DNA of 63,591 bases, the filler included, from Malassezia furfur (lineage: Eukaryota), in assembly GCA_052055015.1 (NCBI GenBank). It is 3 parts of 3 records of this genome, joined end to end, with 100 filler letters (N's around TTAATTAATTAA, not from the genome) between each part and the next. Parts side by side here need not be neighbours in the genome. Positions count along the whole stretch, not along the records: positions 21,423 to 42,509 come from JBQJIT010000169.1; 2 more parts are not named here. The stretch is one strand, 5' to 3'. A model generated the notes under the pieces. The model saw only the letters and a program-made list of their open reading frames with translations. It ran no database searches and was not told the origin of the DNA. Made by a program: the position numbers and the translations under genes. Each line of letters starts with the position of its first letter. The first letter of the stretch is position 1. Below are positions 21,450 to 33,731 of this stretch, in pieces.

Positions 21450-22936
21450 CTAAAGCAGGGTGCCAAAGACATCCCCGTACGACGTGCTGTTCTGCGGTGT
21501 AACGCCCTGCTCCCATTCTTGGGTCCAGTTGGCCACAATCTGTGTGAGTTGTAAAACATACCGCCTGCACAATCGGGTTACCCACGGTGAACAGGTTCGC
21601 CACCGAAGGATCAACCAGGTCGGTCGAGTTGTTGTTGAACTCAATGTTCATGTAGTCGTTGGCCAGGTCGGGCGCACGGTCAAAGTCGCTGCCCGAGCGG
21701 TACAGAATGGCGCGACCGTAGTCCGCAAAGCCAGCCTTGTGCGCACGCACCAGCACCTCCAGGACGGCGTTGTCCTCTTGGGCGGTCATGGCGTAGCTGC
21801 CCGTTCCGTTAGTGAGGACCAGAGTAAGGTTCGAAGCCAGGTCGCCGCTGGGTCAGTTTCGCAATACGCACAAGAGCGCGCCGGTGAAGTAGAGGTCGCT
21901 CGTCGTCACGTCGCCCTTGAACACAGTCGGAGGCTGGTTTGCAGGGGCGTACGTAAAGTTGGCACGGTTGGCCTTCGCGACTTCGTTGTCGCTCAGCGTC
22001 ACGTTCTGCACAAGGTCGTACACCTTGTCGCGCAGGTTCGTGTTCACCTCAAAGATCTCGGTACCATAGAAGAAGGCGGGGTACTGGCCAGGGGTCTCCG
22101 TGCCGTAGTTCCAGAAGCTGTAGTTCCAGCCCTGCGGCACTTCGCGACCATCCAGGCCGTACTGCAGACCAACCTGAATGGCAAAGCGCGTCATACTCAC
22201 ACTGCCGACAGTACCGGCGTGGGGGTTGACACCCGCAATGCCATTCACAATAAAGTACGTCTTCCGCAGGTCAAACTGCGAGCTGAACAGGAAGGAGGTA
22301 AACGTAGCCGCAGCGTTAATCTCGCCCTCACCCGTGGTGATCAGGCAGACGTCGGCGTTCTGGTCACAGGTCACGTAGGGGAACAGGGGGCTGGCACCCG
22401 GCAGCGAGATGTTCTGCGTGAACTGCAGGCTGTTCACCCACACGTCGCGCTCCAGCTCAAACAGCGTAACGATAACCACCTTGGGCGCGATCGCACTCGA
22501 GTTGCCGTTGCCCGTCATGTTGTAAATCGGCGTCGCGGTGCTGTTCCCACCATCCATCGCCGCGACACCGCCGGCAGAGGTCGCATTGCCCGCCGACGTG
22601 ATGTTGCCAGTCGACGTGGTGTTGCCGGTCGACGTGGTGTTGCCGGTCGACGTGGTGTTGCCGGTCGACGTNNNNNNNNNNNNNNNNNNNNNNNNNNNNN
22701 NNNNNNNNNNNNNNNNNNNNNNNNNNNGTCGACGTGGTGTTGCCGGTCGACGTGGTGTTGCCGGTCGACGTGGTGTTGCCGGTCGACGTCGTGTTGCCCA
22801 CCGACGTCGTGTTGCTGGGGACCGTCGTGTTGCTGGGGATCGTCGAGTTACTAGCCACAGTGGTGTTGTCTGCGGCAGAAACAAGCGTCGCAACGCATGC
22901 GAGGAGCGCCAAGGCAGGCGCCCAGGAAAACTTCAT
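21450..22936 (-). CDS. Purine nucleoside permease (NUP) family protein with signal peptide and N-terminal Thr/Ser repeat
   Basis: MKFSWAPALALLACVATLVSA signal; PKVVIVTLF, TTGEGEINAA, FDLRKTYFIVNGIAGVNP, MTAQED, RSGSDFDR and GDVFGTL. Introns at 21848-21871 and 21540-21561. N-gap 22672-22727 lies inside the repeat. Confidence 0.88.
22586..22850. repeat. 18-bp coding tandem repeat (gtcgacgtggtgttgccg; encodes GNTTST on the minus strand)
   Basis: At least 6 near-perfect units flank a 56-N gap, with degenerate units at both edges. Confidence 0.92.
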
Positions 22937-23025
22937 GATACGAAGAAAAGCAAAGGAACACAGGGCAGATAGCGGACTTCGCGTTCGCGTAGCCACGCGC
23001 GCGCGCCCAATGCGGATTTCCAGAT

Positions 23026-24642
23026 TTACATGCTCGCTTTGCCACGTGGCTCTAACGGAAGGAAGAAGGACAACACTCCCGCAAACAGAAAGAGTGCGCC
23101 GCTTGCGTACACGGGGTTGGACGTAGTGAGATCGGCAAACATGGCAATGATGGGGGCAATGATGCCAAATGTCCGGTTTGCACACGCGGTCAATGCATTG
23201 CCAGTGCCGCGGTACTTGGTCGGGAAGATCTCGGGGGTGTAGGTGTAAAGCGCCGCATACATCAGGCTCGACGTAAAGTTGTACGCGCACTGCCAGCCCA
23301 GAAGCTGCGTCGAGTTGTTCGCCGTCGTCGAGCAGAACAAAAAGACGCCCGTGAGCACCGTCGAGACACCCAGGGTGCCGCGGCGCCCGATGCCTTTGAC
23401 CTCCACCAGGAAGGCGCCGATCAGACACGCAGGGACACCGAGCACGCCAATGATCACCAGGTTGCGGTAGGTGGTGTATGTCGACGACGACTGGTCGCCG
23501 ACTTTTTCTGCAATGAGCGTAGGAATGAAGGCATTGTAAAGTGGGAAAGCCAGGCCAATCACAGCCCAAATCAAAATCACCATACTTGTGGTGAGCGCCA
23601 TTTCGCGCGTGCGGAAAAGCGCACGAACGGACTCGAAGCTGAAGCCTTGCGAGTTGAACTTGGCACGTTCCAGGACTGTCATGTGTTTCTCCGCAGGCTC
23701 GCCACCCTCATCGAACCTGCTCAGGTCTTCGACGACGAGTGTCGTCGTTTTTCGGTTGATTTCTGCAAGGCGGTGAACGGTGCGCACTGCATCTTCTTCG
23801 CGGCCCTTGCCCATAAGATACTTGGGCGACTCAAGCACCGGGAAGAAGAAGCGCACGAGGAACAGCACCATCCACAGCCCACCGAGGGTAATGACAAAGT
23901 AGCGCCATCCCATGTTGTCGCCTTTGGTGCATCCCTCGGCCGTGGCACACGTATAGTTGCCCACCAAGCCCCAGGCAATCAGGTCGGCAAATACCTGCGC
24001 AACCGCCCAGTAGGTCGAAAGCACTGTGAGCAAATACTGGTGCGTCGCAGGGAGGAACTCGAGAAAGATGGCCGAGTCGACCGGAAGGTTGCCGCCCACG
24101 CCAAACGACCAAAACGCGTCAAAGATGCCCACGGACGCAAAATTGGGCGAGCCCGCAGCAATCAGACCAAAAACGGACGTGAAGCCGAGCGTCAAGCTAA
24201 ATGCCCACTTGCGCCCGAAAATGTCGCACCCAAAGCCCCAGAATAGGGCACCGGCAAAAAGGCCGATGTTTTGCGCCAGCGTAATGAGCGGCGTGCGGTT
24301 CGAGCTGCGCCCAAACTCGCGGCCAACGGGGGGCAAGATGACCGAGGTGACGATCGGCCACAGGTTGTCGCTTGCCCACCCAAAACCGATGACGAGGAAT
24401 AGCATGATTTGGTAGCGACCGAATCCAATGTCTTGCACAGCTTGGTTGAGCACCGCGGCCTTCGCCGTGTAAGCGCGGCCCACCGTGCCTTCTGGCGTGA
24501 CGAGCTCAAAATCGGTCTCCACAACCATTGCATCGCCCTTCTTGCCATCCAGATCACCACTGGCGATGGGGTCAACTACGCTGTCGGTCTCGCCATGCCT
24601 TGCGAGCTCCTCCTCCCCGCCCTGTACGGCCGTAGAAGTCAT
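23026..24642 (-). CDS. MFS transporter (SV2-like/sugar-porter-related)
   Basis: IGFGRYQ, GCDIFGRK, GVGGNLPVD, ESPKYL and YTPEIFPTKYRGTG; about 12 hydrophobic segments. Confidence 0.88.
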   Translation of the reverse strand: MTSTAVQGGEEELARHGETDSVVDPIASGDLDGKKGDAMVVETDFELVTPEGTVGRAYTAKAAVLNQAVQDIGFGRYQIMLFLVIGFGWASDNLWPIVTSVILPPVGREFGRSSNRTPLITLAQNIGLFAGALFWGFGCDIFGRKWAFSLTLGFTSVFGLIAAGSPNFASVGIFDAFWSFGVGGNLPVDSAIFLEFLPATHQYLLTVLSTYWAVAQVFADLIAWGLVGNYTCATAEGCTKGDNMGWRYFVITLGGLWMVLFLVRFFFPVLESPKYLMGKGREEDAVRTVHRLAEINRKTTTLVVEDLSRFDEGGEPAEKHMTVLERAKFNSQGFSFESVRALFRTREMALTTSMVILIWAVIGLAFPLYNAFIPTLIAEKVGDQSSSTYTTYRNLVIIGVLGVPACLIGAFLVEVKGIGRRGTLGVSTVLTGVFLFCSTTANNSTQLLGWQCAYNFTSSLMYAALYTYTPEIFPTKYRGTGNALTACANRTFGIIAPIIAMFADLTTSNPVYASGALFLFAGVLSFFLPLEPRGKASM

Positions 24643-24904
24643 GGTGGGAGGTGAGCACTTCTTTCTGCGTGCATTGTTAGCCCGTCTCGCGTCCGTGTGC
24701 CGTTGTCTTGATTGGTGGACCCTGTCTAAATATCTGGCGCCCACGCACTCAAACCCTCCCCCACGTGTAACAAGGCTGCGCGCAGGTCTGGGGTTGGCGA
24801 GGATCGGGCGAGCACCCTGAATCGGGGCGAATGAGCACGCGTGCGCCTAGCGCGCTTATACGCAGGCTAAATTGTCAGCAGGTGTCCGAAACGCGTATTC
24901 GAGC

Positions 24905-26490
24905 ATGACTTCGACATGCAGCCCAGACGTCCGCGTAGCCGTCGTCGGCTCCGGGCTTGCAGGGCTAGCGACCGCGTATTACCTTGCCCAGACACCTCCA
25001 GACAAGGGGCGGTGCATCCACGTCGACTTGTTCGAGCGACAGCCAAAGCTTGGCATGGATGCCGACAGCATCTCGGTAGAGCGTGGTGGTCAGGAGGTTC
25101 GCGTGGACGTGCCCATGCGCTCGTTCTCTGAAGGTTGGTTGCGAAGTCTCATCCAGGCTATTACCCTGAGCTCCTCGCACTGTACCGCTCGTTGGGCATC
25201 AAGTTTCGCACGTCGCGCTTCACCTTTGCCTTTTCTTCGTGCACTGACCAAGCAGAGACGATGAAGCGACAGCACGGGCCGGACCCGCTTCTTCTGTACG
25301 ACGGGCGACGGCAGAAGCGCAAGGTTCATCTATACCCCCCGCCGGCCGGTCTGGTGGACCGTGTACACGCCTGGTTCTCCTTCCTTCGCATTGCCGTCTC
25401 GTATGTGCTGCTCAACATGCTGGCCATGTACCATTCCTACTTTCAGCACACCACAAATCCGCATCACGCACTTGCGAAACTCACATTTCACGCATGGTGC
25501 CAGCGGACGTGCCTCAGTCGGCGATTTACCAACGACCTGCTGTTTCCTCTGTTTGCGTCGATCATGACCACCGACTTGGAGGCCGTCGAGCAGCTGCCGG
25601 CGGCCGAAATGCTCGAGTACATTGCACGCACCTTCCTCTCCTTACACTATACCGTCGATGGCGGCGTCCAGCTCGTGGTGCAGGCACTTGCGAAGCCCAT
25701 GCCTGCCGACCACATCTACCTCGGCACGACCATTGTGGATTTGGTGCCGCATGCCAGTGAGGATGGCGTACGGCGTGTCGTTGTCCGTGCTAAAACGCAG
25801 GACGGAGCGATGCTGGACCTCGCACCGTACGACCACCTCGTCTTTGCGACGCAGTGCACACAGACGGCGCAGCTGCTAAGCCTCTATGAGAGGCATTTGG
25901 TCCCCCAGCACGATGCAGACCTGGCGCGCTGCCAGCGGGTCAAGGAGGCGCTCGTGCAAATGCGGTACGAACAGAGCACCGTGGTGTGTCATACCGATAC
26001 CACCCTTCTTCCGGCCGACCGTGCGCTGTGGCGCGATCTGAACCTCGTGAGTGCCGACCCCAATACCCCCCCGCCTCGGTACACCATGGCGACGCACATT
26101 GTGTGGCGTGGCGACGCTGCATCGCAGACCGTGATGCAGACGACGAACCCCCTCGCATGGCTGTATCCCGATCCTGACTGCATCATTCGCACGAGCACGT
26201 TTGAGCGGTTCGTGCTGACGCTTGCCGGGCGCGACGCGCGCCGTGCCTTTTTCCGACATGCCAGCGGCCGGCGCGACGCTGACGCCTACCAAAACGCACG
26301 CAGACAGTTGCGCCTCGGCCCGCTGCAAGGGCGACCCGCTGCCAAGGCCGACACGCAGCCGCTCCCGGGTATCTGGCTAACGGGCAGCTGGAGCTTCGGC
26401 GTGCCTCTGCTCGAAGGATGCGTCTCGAGCGCCCGTCTCGTCGCGACCAGCCTGCTGGAGGACGCGGGGTACACAACCGCCCATGTGTAG
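24905..26490 (+). CDS. FAD/NAD(P)-binding oxidoreductase (amine-oxidase-like fold), substrate unknown
   Basis: VAVVGSGLAGLATA Rossmann motif; VDVPMRSFSE|GYY across a 23-nt intron at 25134-25156; QTTNP; GSWSFGVPLLEGCVSSA. Confidence 0.8.
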
Positions 26491-26531
26491 TTTCCGTTGC
26501 TTGTTCTCCTATGTATGCTACATATAATACA

Positions 26532-27437
26532 CTATCCACGCCGCCGGCGCTTGTTCTTTGCCAGGCAGTCGCTACACAGCCAAGTCTGCGGCAGCGGCTT
26601 CGAGACGCCGACACACCCAATGTGGAACCACTCGTACTTGCAATCGTCCGAGTCGCACCCGATCATCTCGCCGAACGAGCCGCGCTGGCAGAAGCAGTAC
26701 AGGTTCTCGTCGCGCTCCTCCTCGCCGTCGAAGAGGGCAGCCGAGCGGTCTTTGCTCTCCCCGTCGTCGTCGCCCAGCGGCGTCTGCCGGCTGGAATGCG
26801 ACTGCGACGCGGCGCGATCGTGCCGTCCGTACACCGCCGGAGACTGTCGGCTGGTGCCATTCGCGTGAACGGAGGACACGGCGCGCTTGCGCTTGCCCTT
26901 GGCCTCCGCAGCGTCCTCCGACTCGCCGACCCCCGCATCGGCTAGCGCCATGGCCAGCGCGCTGGGCGGCACAACTTCGGGCGCCTTGGGTACGGTGGAT
27001 GCGACGCTTGCGACGACGTCGGGGTGGATCTGCTTGATGTCGTGCAGGACCCGGTCGTAGTGTCCATGGACCTTGCGCCACAGGCCGTGGGCCAAGGTGC
27101 GTTTCTGGCTCGACCACTCCTCGACCCGCACGTAGTCGGCGGCGATCCGCGACGCAAGCTTCTCGAGCTTGGCCTTGTTGGTCTCGGCGACGCTTGACGA
27201 GGTGCCCGCGTTCTCGGTTGCCGTGTATAGCTCGCGCATCTGCGCCTGCTTCGAGGCGATCCGAGCGAGGGTGTCTGGGTAAGCAGGGCACGTACCTTGC
27301 ACCTTTCCGTCCTTAATTTCGATTTCTCGGAGGATATGGCTCACCTCGAGTGGGAGGTTGTCGAGCGCTGCGTTAGTGCGTCACGTACACGACACAAACT
27401 CCGACGTCAGCACCGCGATCTCTGCCGGATCCTCCAT
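26532..27437 (-). CDS. ING-family PHD finger chromatin protein (Yng2/Pho23-like)
   Basis: MEDPAEIAVLTSEFVS|SLDNLPLEVSHILREI (ING N-terminus) and LYCFCQRGSFGEMIGCDSDDCKYEWFHIGCV..WLC (PHD). Two 21-nt introns at 27368-27388 and 27275-27295. Confidence 0.9.
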
Positions 27438-27486
27438 GTCGACGTCGCAAACAGTCTCACGTGACGACTCCACGCCTTCCTGTCTG

Positions 27487-29112
27487 ATGCTGTGGGCGCT
27501 GCGAAGGCCGCGCCTTCGCGCGCTGCCGCCCGCGCGACGCGCCGCGGTTCCGCTGCGTGCGGTACAGGCAGTCGCGCAGCGCACTACAGAACCACCTAGA
27601 GGCACCAGTCTGCCGGTGCAACGCGGCACGGCCGTCCCCATCGCGCCCCTTCCCCACAGTCGCGCTGCGCCGGCGATCCGCGATCGCCGCGACGAGCAGA
27701 CACGACTCGTGCGCGCACTGCGCACCAAAATCCGCACCGAGCCGTCTTTGTGTGCATCGAAGCTGATGGACTGGTACGTCGAGCGCGTCAAGGAGTCGCG
27801 CACGCGCCTCGCCTACGGCAGCGCCGACAGCGCCAAAGCACTGCTCCTCCTCATGCAGTACGCCCGGCGCCGGCGTGACGTGTATACCCTGCGGCGCTTG
27901 CGCACCTCGGTGGCCGCCTGGACGCAGCAGCACCGCGAGCAGGCATCGCTCCGATCGGACGACGTATCGACGCACGAGCCGCCGCTCTTGACGCGGCTTG
28001 ACAACACGCTGTTTGGCCTCGCGGCCGAGCAGGACAACTGGTCGGTGATGTACCGACTCGTATCGTCTCGCACAGAAGAGCATTGGACGCCTTTCATGTG
28101 CCGCGCGATGCTCCGCACCAAGGGCGCGTTGCAGATGGTCACCGGCGAGCCGCCCAGCACCGACACCGCGCACACGCTCGACGACGAGGAACAGCATGCA
28201 CGCAGCGCACTCTGGGCACGTTTCCTCGATGAGTTTGGCGTGCAAATCCGGCACGCACAGGCGGTCCTTCCCAAGGACACGGCGCGCGTCTTTACGCCGC
28301 TGCCTACGTGGATCGTCGCAGCTCTGCTGGACCTCTATGCCCGCTCGCGGCGCGCACATCAGGCGCTCGCACTCGCGAACGTGTACCTTACATCGCTGCC
28401 TATCGAGTCGGAGCAGACGCCCTGCGTGCTCCGAGACGGACCGTCGCACCTGCTTACCGACCCCCATGCGCCGATCCCCGGGCCGACGCTGCTCAATACC
28501 CTCATGTCGGCCTTCCTGCGTGCCGGCGAGCCACACCATGCCGCGCAGATCTTTGAGAAGATGACACGCGTGCCATTACCGGTCCCGGTGCCGCAGCCGG
28601 CGCCTTTGCTGCCCCTCGATACCCGGTTCGTGCTCGAACCTGACGTGCGGTCGGTGCTGCTAGCCATGGACACCGTCGCGGCAACGGCCCCCAGCGGTCG
28701 CGGCGAAGCTATGCTGGCGCTCCTGCAGACAGTCGAGCGGACATGGGGCGTGCTGTCGCCCGACGCTGCGCGCCGCGCGCCGCTCCTGGTCGACGCACGG
28801 CCTTTTACGAAGCTCCTCCACTTCGCCCGGCATGCGCGCGACGCCCGGCTTGTCCGGCGCGTGCTGCGCTTTCAGCACGGCGCGTTGCGGCGCGAGCAGC
28901 GCTGGCGCACGCAGCACGGCACACATGCCGCGGCGCGTTCCGCCCACATACCCAATGAATATGCGCTGCTCAAGCGCTGGGAGGCCGAGCTCGGCAAGCT
29001 CCGTGCGCACAACTATCTTGGTGCCGCGCATGCACAGGCGCTCGTGTCGCTCGCCTCGTTCGTTACCGCACAGCGCCGCGCATCGTCAAGCCGCGCCGCC
29101 TCGCCCACCTAG
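27487..29112 (+). CDS. Hypothetical alpha-helical protein, possibly mitochondrial with degenerate PPR-like repeats
   Basis: 541-aa ORF from MLWALRRPRL (Arg-rich presequence). LLNTLMSAFLRAGEPHHAAQIFEKM resembles a PPR motif. Confidence 0.6.
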   Translation: MLWALRRPRLRALPPARRAAVPLRAVQAVAQRTTEPPRGTSLPVQRGTAVPIAPLPHSRAAPAIRDRRDEQTRLVRALRTKIRTEPSLCASKLMDWYVERVKESRTRLAYGSADSAKALLLLMQYARRRRDVYTLRRLRTSVAAWTQQHREQASLRSDDVSTHEPPLLTRLDNTLFGLAAEQDNWSVMYRLVSSRTEEHWTPFMCRAMLRTKGALQMVTGEPPSTDTAHTLDDEEQHARSALWARFLDEFGVQIRHAQAVLPKDTARVFTPLPTWIVAALLDLYARSRRAHQALALANVYLTSLPIESEQTPCVLRDGPSHLLTDPHAPIPGPTLLNTLMSAFLRAGEPHHAAQIFEKMTRVPLPVPVPQPAPLLPLDTRFVLEPDVRSVLLAMDTVAATAPSGRGEAMLALLQTVERTWGVLSPDAARRAPLLVDARPFTKLLHFARHARDARLVRRVLRFQHGALRREQRWRTQHGTHAAARSAHIPNEYALLKRWEAELGKLRAHNYLGAAHAQALVSLASFVTAQRRASSSRAASPT

Positions 29113-29169
29113 TGTGCATACCCATAAAATCTCGTCGAGCGACGAGCGCATTACTACTATAGAGAGTGG

Positions 29170-31079
29170 TTACCATGCAAAGCTCTCCACATCCAAGTAC
29201 ACGTCGCGCAGCGACCCCAGGCGCCCGCGCGCAAGGTCCCAATTGGCGCGTGCCATGTGATTTGCCACGTCGCGCGACAGCGACACGGGGCCACACACGT
29301 ACACGGCGAGCGACGTCGACTGCATCTTGCCCGCCACGTCGAGCTCTTCGCGGAGAATGGCACTCGTATCGATGCGGACACCGTACGAGGTAATGAGCGT
29401 CTGCACAAACGTCTTGTGCTCTGCGCCAGACTCTTCGCCAGTGACGCACACGTCCAGCACAAACTCGACCGGCGACACGGCTTGCAGCTGTACCAGTGCC
29501 GCCAGCTCCGAGGCGAGCCAGTCGACCAGCCCCGTGGCATGAGTCGTCCAGACGAGGCGAATGCGCCGCGTAACGACGCGCGCATCGCTTGCGACACACC
29601 GCTGGAGCAGCCGGTAGGCGAGGGGGAAAATGTGCGAAATGCCAGTCCCGCCGGCAAACAACACAACGTGGGCATAGCTCGCAGGGTCCGTCGTGTAGCC
29701 ATACGGGCCGTCCAGGTAGGCCACCACACTTGCCGACCGGATGTGCGAGTGCTGCACGGCCGGTGCCGTCTCGAGGCGCGGCGACACCGACACGCCTTTT
29801 TCCTCGTCGCCCCCGAGCTCGGCGCCAGGCGCTTCACCACGGTTCACCTCGTGCGAGAACACATGCTCCGACATGGCGTGTCCTTGCACATACTCAAAAA
29901 TTTTCCGCGTCGTGCCGCCATGCACCTTGGCCAGCAGTACGAGCTGCGAGTCCAGACGGCTCCGGTTGGGGAGCGACATGATTGAAAAGGGGTGCGCTTG
30001 GGCCACCGCAAATCCGGGGAACCGCACGTAAATGTGCTGCCCCGGGCGCCAGCGGATCGGCGCCGAGAGCGAAATACGCACAGTTTCGGTGCTGCGGACC
30101 GAGTCATCGTCGTTGCCAAGCGGCGAACTCGTCACCGTTTGAATGTCGACACGCGCACGCTTCGACGCAAAAAAGTCGGACGAAATCAGCACCATGGAGC
30201 CGCGCACAGCAATCGAAAAAATCCACATCGCCACGGCTACCCAGAGAAACAGGTGGCTCCGTAGCATCTTCATGACGTGCGCAAAGAGAAAACCAAGTAG
30301 CGCGGCAACGCTCACAATGTGCTGCACAACGAAAAAGCGGTACGAAAAGTTGCGGAAAACACCCAGGCTCGAGCACATAATCCATCCCACGAGCGCAATC
30401 GACACCGTTCCGGTCCAGTACATCGAGTCTTCCGCATATTGTTTGCGCAAGTTGGCATAGCCAAAGTCGTGCGAGTGCTGCCATAAGAATGGAATAGCAT
30501 GCACCCAGCCAAAGAAGAACATAGTAAAGGCCAGACTCTGGTGATATATTTGCAGGCGAGCATGCGAAATACCCGTGAGCATAGAGATGGGGTTAATTTT
30601 GAGGGCACAGGCAAAGATAAACGGAAAGAGCGAAACGGCAACCAGACCAGAACGAATGGCGAGCGGGGGAGAGCCGGCTTCGGCATTTTCTCGGTAGTAG
30701 GGTCGAATGGAAAAGATCCATGCCACCATCGACACAAAAAACGACACAATAATGATACACGCATTTAGCGATGGCAGACGAAGAGGCCCATAGGCCGGGA
30801 GGTGGACATACGATATGGCTCGAACCATGCCCACAGCACGCGGTACACCACGGAGACCATACAGACGAACCCCGGTGCTAGGAAAGACTTGCCGAATCAG
30901 CTGGAGTGCATGGCAAACCGTAGCAACAAACGCAAATGCACACAAAATATAGGTCGTGCCTAGCAAAGGTAAGCGCACATTCAACGAGAATGGTACGTAC
31001 GGTATGCATACTTGTACTGGTGATCCCACGGCTCGCGCGTGTCCTTTGTCGCGGCATGCAAAACCGTGACGTTTTCCAT
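29170..31079 (-). CDS. Ferric/cupric reductase (FRE family), tandem copy A
   Basis: Exon 1 is MENVTVLH...PWDHQYKYAY, followed by a 41-nt intron at 30960-31000. Motifs LQIYHQ..WVHA, QHIV..FAH, RPGQH, HPFS, DGPYG, AGGTG, CGP and ESFAW. Confidence 0.9.
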
Positions 31080-31410
31080 GCCAAGAGATGCGAAGGAATA
31101 GGCGTACCAGCTCGCTTCGTGTCGCAACGCTTCTTATAGGAAGAACGCCCCATAACCAGGTGCGCCGAATACTCTCCGCACGTTTTCATAAAGTCTCCGA
31201 AAACACACCGCGGAGGATTACGTACGACACTCAGGGATCCGGGGTGCCCCCTTCCGTTACCCCGGTTAGGACAGATCTCCACAGAGCGCGATTTCTTTTG
31301 GCACCCAGCCAGGATCCTGGTGTGTTTCCAACATGGTGGTATAGAAAAACAATGCGAAACTTCATTGAACTAAATAACCCCTATAAAAACAAATGAGAGA
31401 CGAAATCGGT

Positions 31411-33347
31411 TTACCAATTGAAACTTTCGACATCAAGGTAGATGTCGTGAAGCGAGCCCATGTTTCCTTTCGCGAGCTCCCAATTTGCAGCAGCGACACT
31501 GTTGCTCATATCGTGAGCAAGACCGGTAGGGCCACAGACATAGACGGCCATAGACTTAGACTCCATTTTCATGGCTCGGTGGATCTCCTCCTCAAGAATG
31601 GAATGAACGTTTGCACGAATACCATAGGCTGTCACGAGCGTCTGGACAAAGGTCTGGTGCGCAGATCCCATGGCTTCTCCCGTCACGTAAATGTCAAGAT
31701 CCACTTGAAGAGATAGTTTCTCTTTCAGTGCCAAAAGCGTTTTCAAATCGGCCTCAATCCAGTCCAGAAGACCAGTAGAATGCGTCGACCACACCAGACG
31801 AAGACGCTTGGTGATAACGTTTGGTTTGCCTTCTGCACAACGGCGAAGTAGGTGATGCGCAATAGGGAATACATGCGCAATGCCTGTTCCGCCTGCACAC
31901 AGTAAGACATGGTCATAGCTTGCCGGATCCGTTGTGAAGCCGTAAGGACCGTCCAAGAACGCCACCACCTGTGCGGATTGAATCATGGATTGTTGAATAG
32001 CAGGGTCCACTTCCAGCTGCGGTGAAATGGAACGACAATGTTCTTTAACAAATCCAGGTTCCTGCTGTTCAAGATCAACGACGTTGGTCACGTCAGAGTC
32101 TGCTTTTGTGTTTACTTCGTCAGAGAAAGTGCGTTCCTTCGAGTGGTGGGCTTTCACATAGTTAAACACTTTGCAAGTGGTTCCGCGGTGCACCTTGGCG
32201 AGAAGAACCAACTGAGAATTGGTCCGACTCTGATTGGGGAGGGACATGATCGAGAAAGGATGCGCCTGCGCGACAGCAAACCCGGGGAACCTCACATAGA
32301 TATGTTGACCAGGGCGCCATCGTAGAGGTGTCGAGAAAGAGAGCCGAATCGTTTCGCCGCCCGGCGTAGAAGCTTTCTCGTCATCCAGTGGATAATTGGT
32401 GACCGTTTGAATATCAACTTGTGCACGACGAGAAGCAAAGAATTCAGAGGAATAAAGAACCAAGCAGCTGCGAACCACGATGGAGAACAACCACATCGCA
32501 ACCGCAGCCCATAAGTAATAATGGCTCATAAGCAGACTTTCGACATGCTTGAACAGGAAACCAAGTAGTGTTGCGACGGAAATGATGTGCTGGACCACGA
32601 AAAACCGGTAAGAAAAGTTCCGGAAAACGCCAATGCTGGAGCACAGAATCCAAAAAACCAGGCAAATGCAAACTGTCCCCGTCCAGAAAAATGGACTCTT
32701 ATCGTATGCCATTTTCAAATACGCGAATCCTTTTTCATGCGAATATTGCCAAAGTATAGGGATGGTGTGCACCATACCGAAAAAGAACATCCCAAATGCA
32801 AAGCTTTGATGGTAAATTTGCAGCCTTGCGTGAGAGATGCCGGTTAACATCGAGATCGGATTCACTTTCAGAGCACAGGCAAACATAAATGGGAAAAACG
32901 ACACAGCAAGAAGACCGGAGCGAATCGACAGAGGTGGATCGCCATCATCTACCGAGGGGCGGTAATGCGGTTTGATGGAGAAGATCCAAGCCACCAGAGC
33001 AATGAAGAAAGATCCAATAATAATACAAGTCTTCATTGGCGGCAGCTGGAAAATTTTCCATCCCCGAATGTGAATGTAGGAAATGCTTCGAACCAAGGCA
33101 ATGAAGCGAGAAATTGCTTTGGTTTTATAGATAAAAAAACCAGTATTGGGCCGAACTTGACGAAGGAGCTGCAATGCATGACAGACAATGACAAGAAAAA
33201 TAAAAGAGCAAAAAAGATAGGTGCTTCCTTCACGTTGTGTCAGTAAATGAAGCCAGTGGGAGACATACGGTACTCGTACTTGAACTCTTTCGTCCAGGGC
33301 TCAGGGTCGGAATCCCCCCATCGTCGCACTAACGTCGAGTTCCTCAT
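31411..33347 (-). CDS. Ferric/cupric reductase (FRE family), tandem copy B
   Basis: Exon 1 is MRNSTLV...PWTKEFKYEY, followed by a 41-nt intron at 33228-33268. Same motif set as copy A and a close paralog of it; ends ESFNW. Confidence 0.9.
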
Positions 33348-33731
33348 TTAGGAGAGTTATAAAAAACTATAATACTTAGAACATGGCTTGCTGATTTTAT
33401 ATGCCATGCATGGCACACGACGTTCGCACATGTGCTGATCAAGATCAGCATGCAAAACCTAATGATAGAATCGCAGAGTGTCAGCATTTAACCCCGGCCA
33501 ATTAATAGGGAGAAATATACAATTAACGTAGATCGGGATCTCCCTCGCTCAAATGCTGCGCAATTCTAAAAGCATTAGACCCTTGAATACAGCGAGGCCT
33601 GAAAACCATTTAGAGCCACTCTCTTACAAATACACTGCAATTGTCTGGGCTGCGCAGAATGAATGCTAAAATCAAGATACCATTACAATACGGATGTTAA
33701 ATCCCTAGACCCAATTATGACCAATGTACCA

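Noticed and set aside
22586..22850. Possible CRISPR or non-coding repeat, and an apparent frameshift in the NUP gene
   Set aside because: Contiguous 18-bp in-frame units with no spacers. The frame change coincides with a 56-N gap of estimated length.
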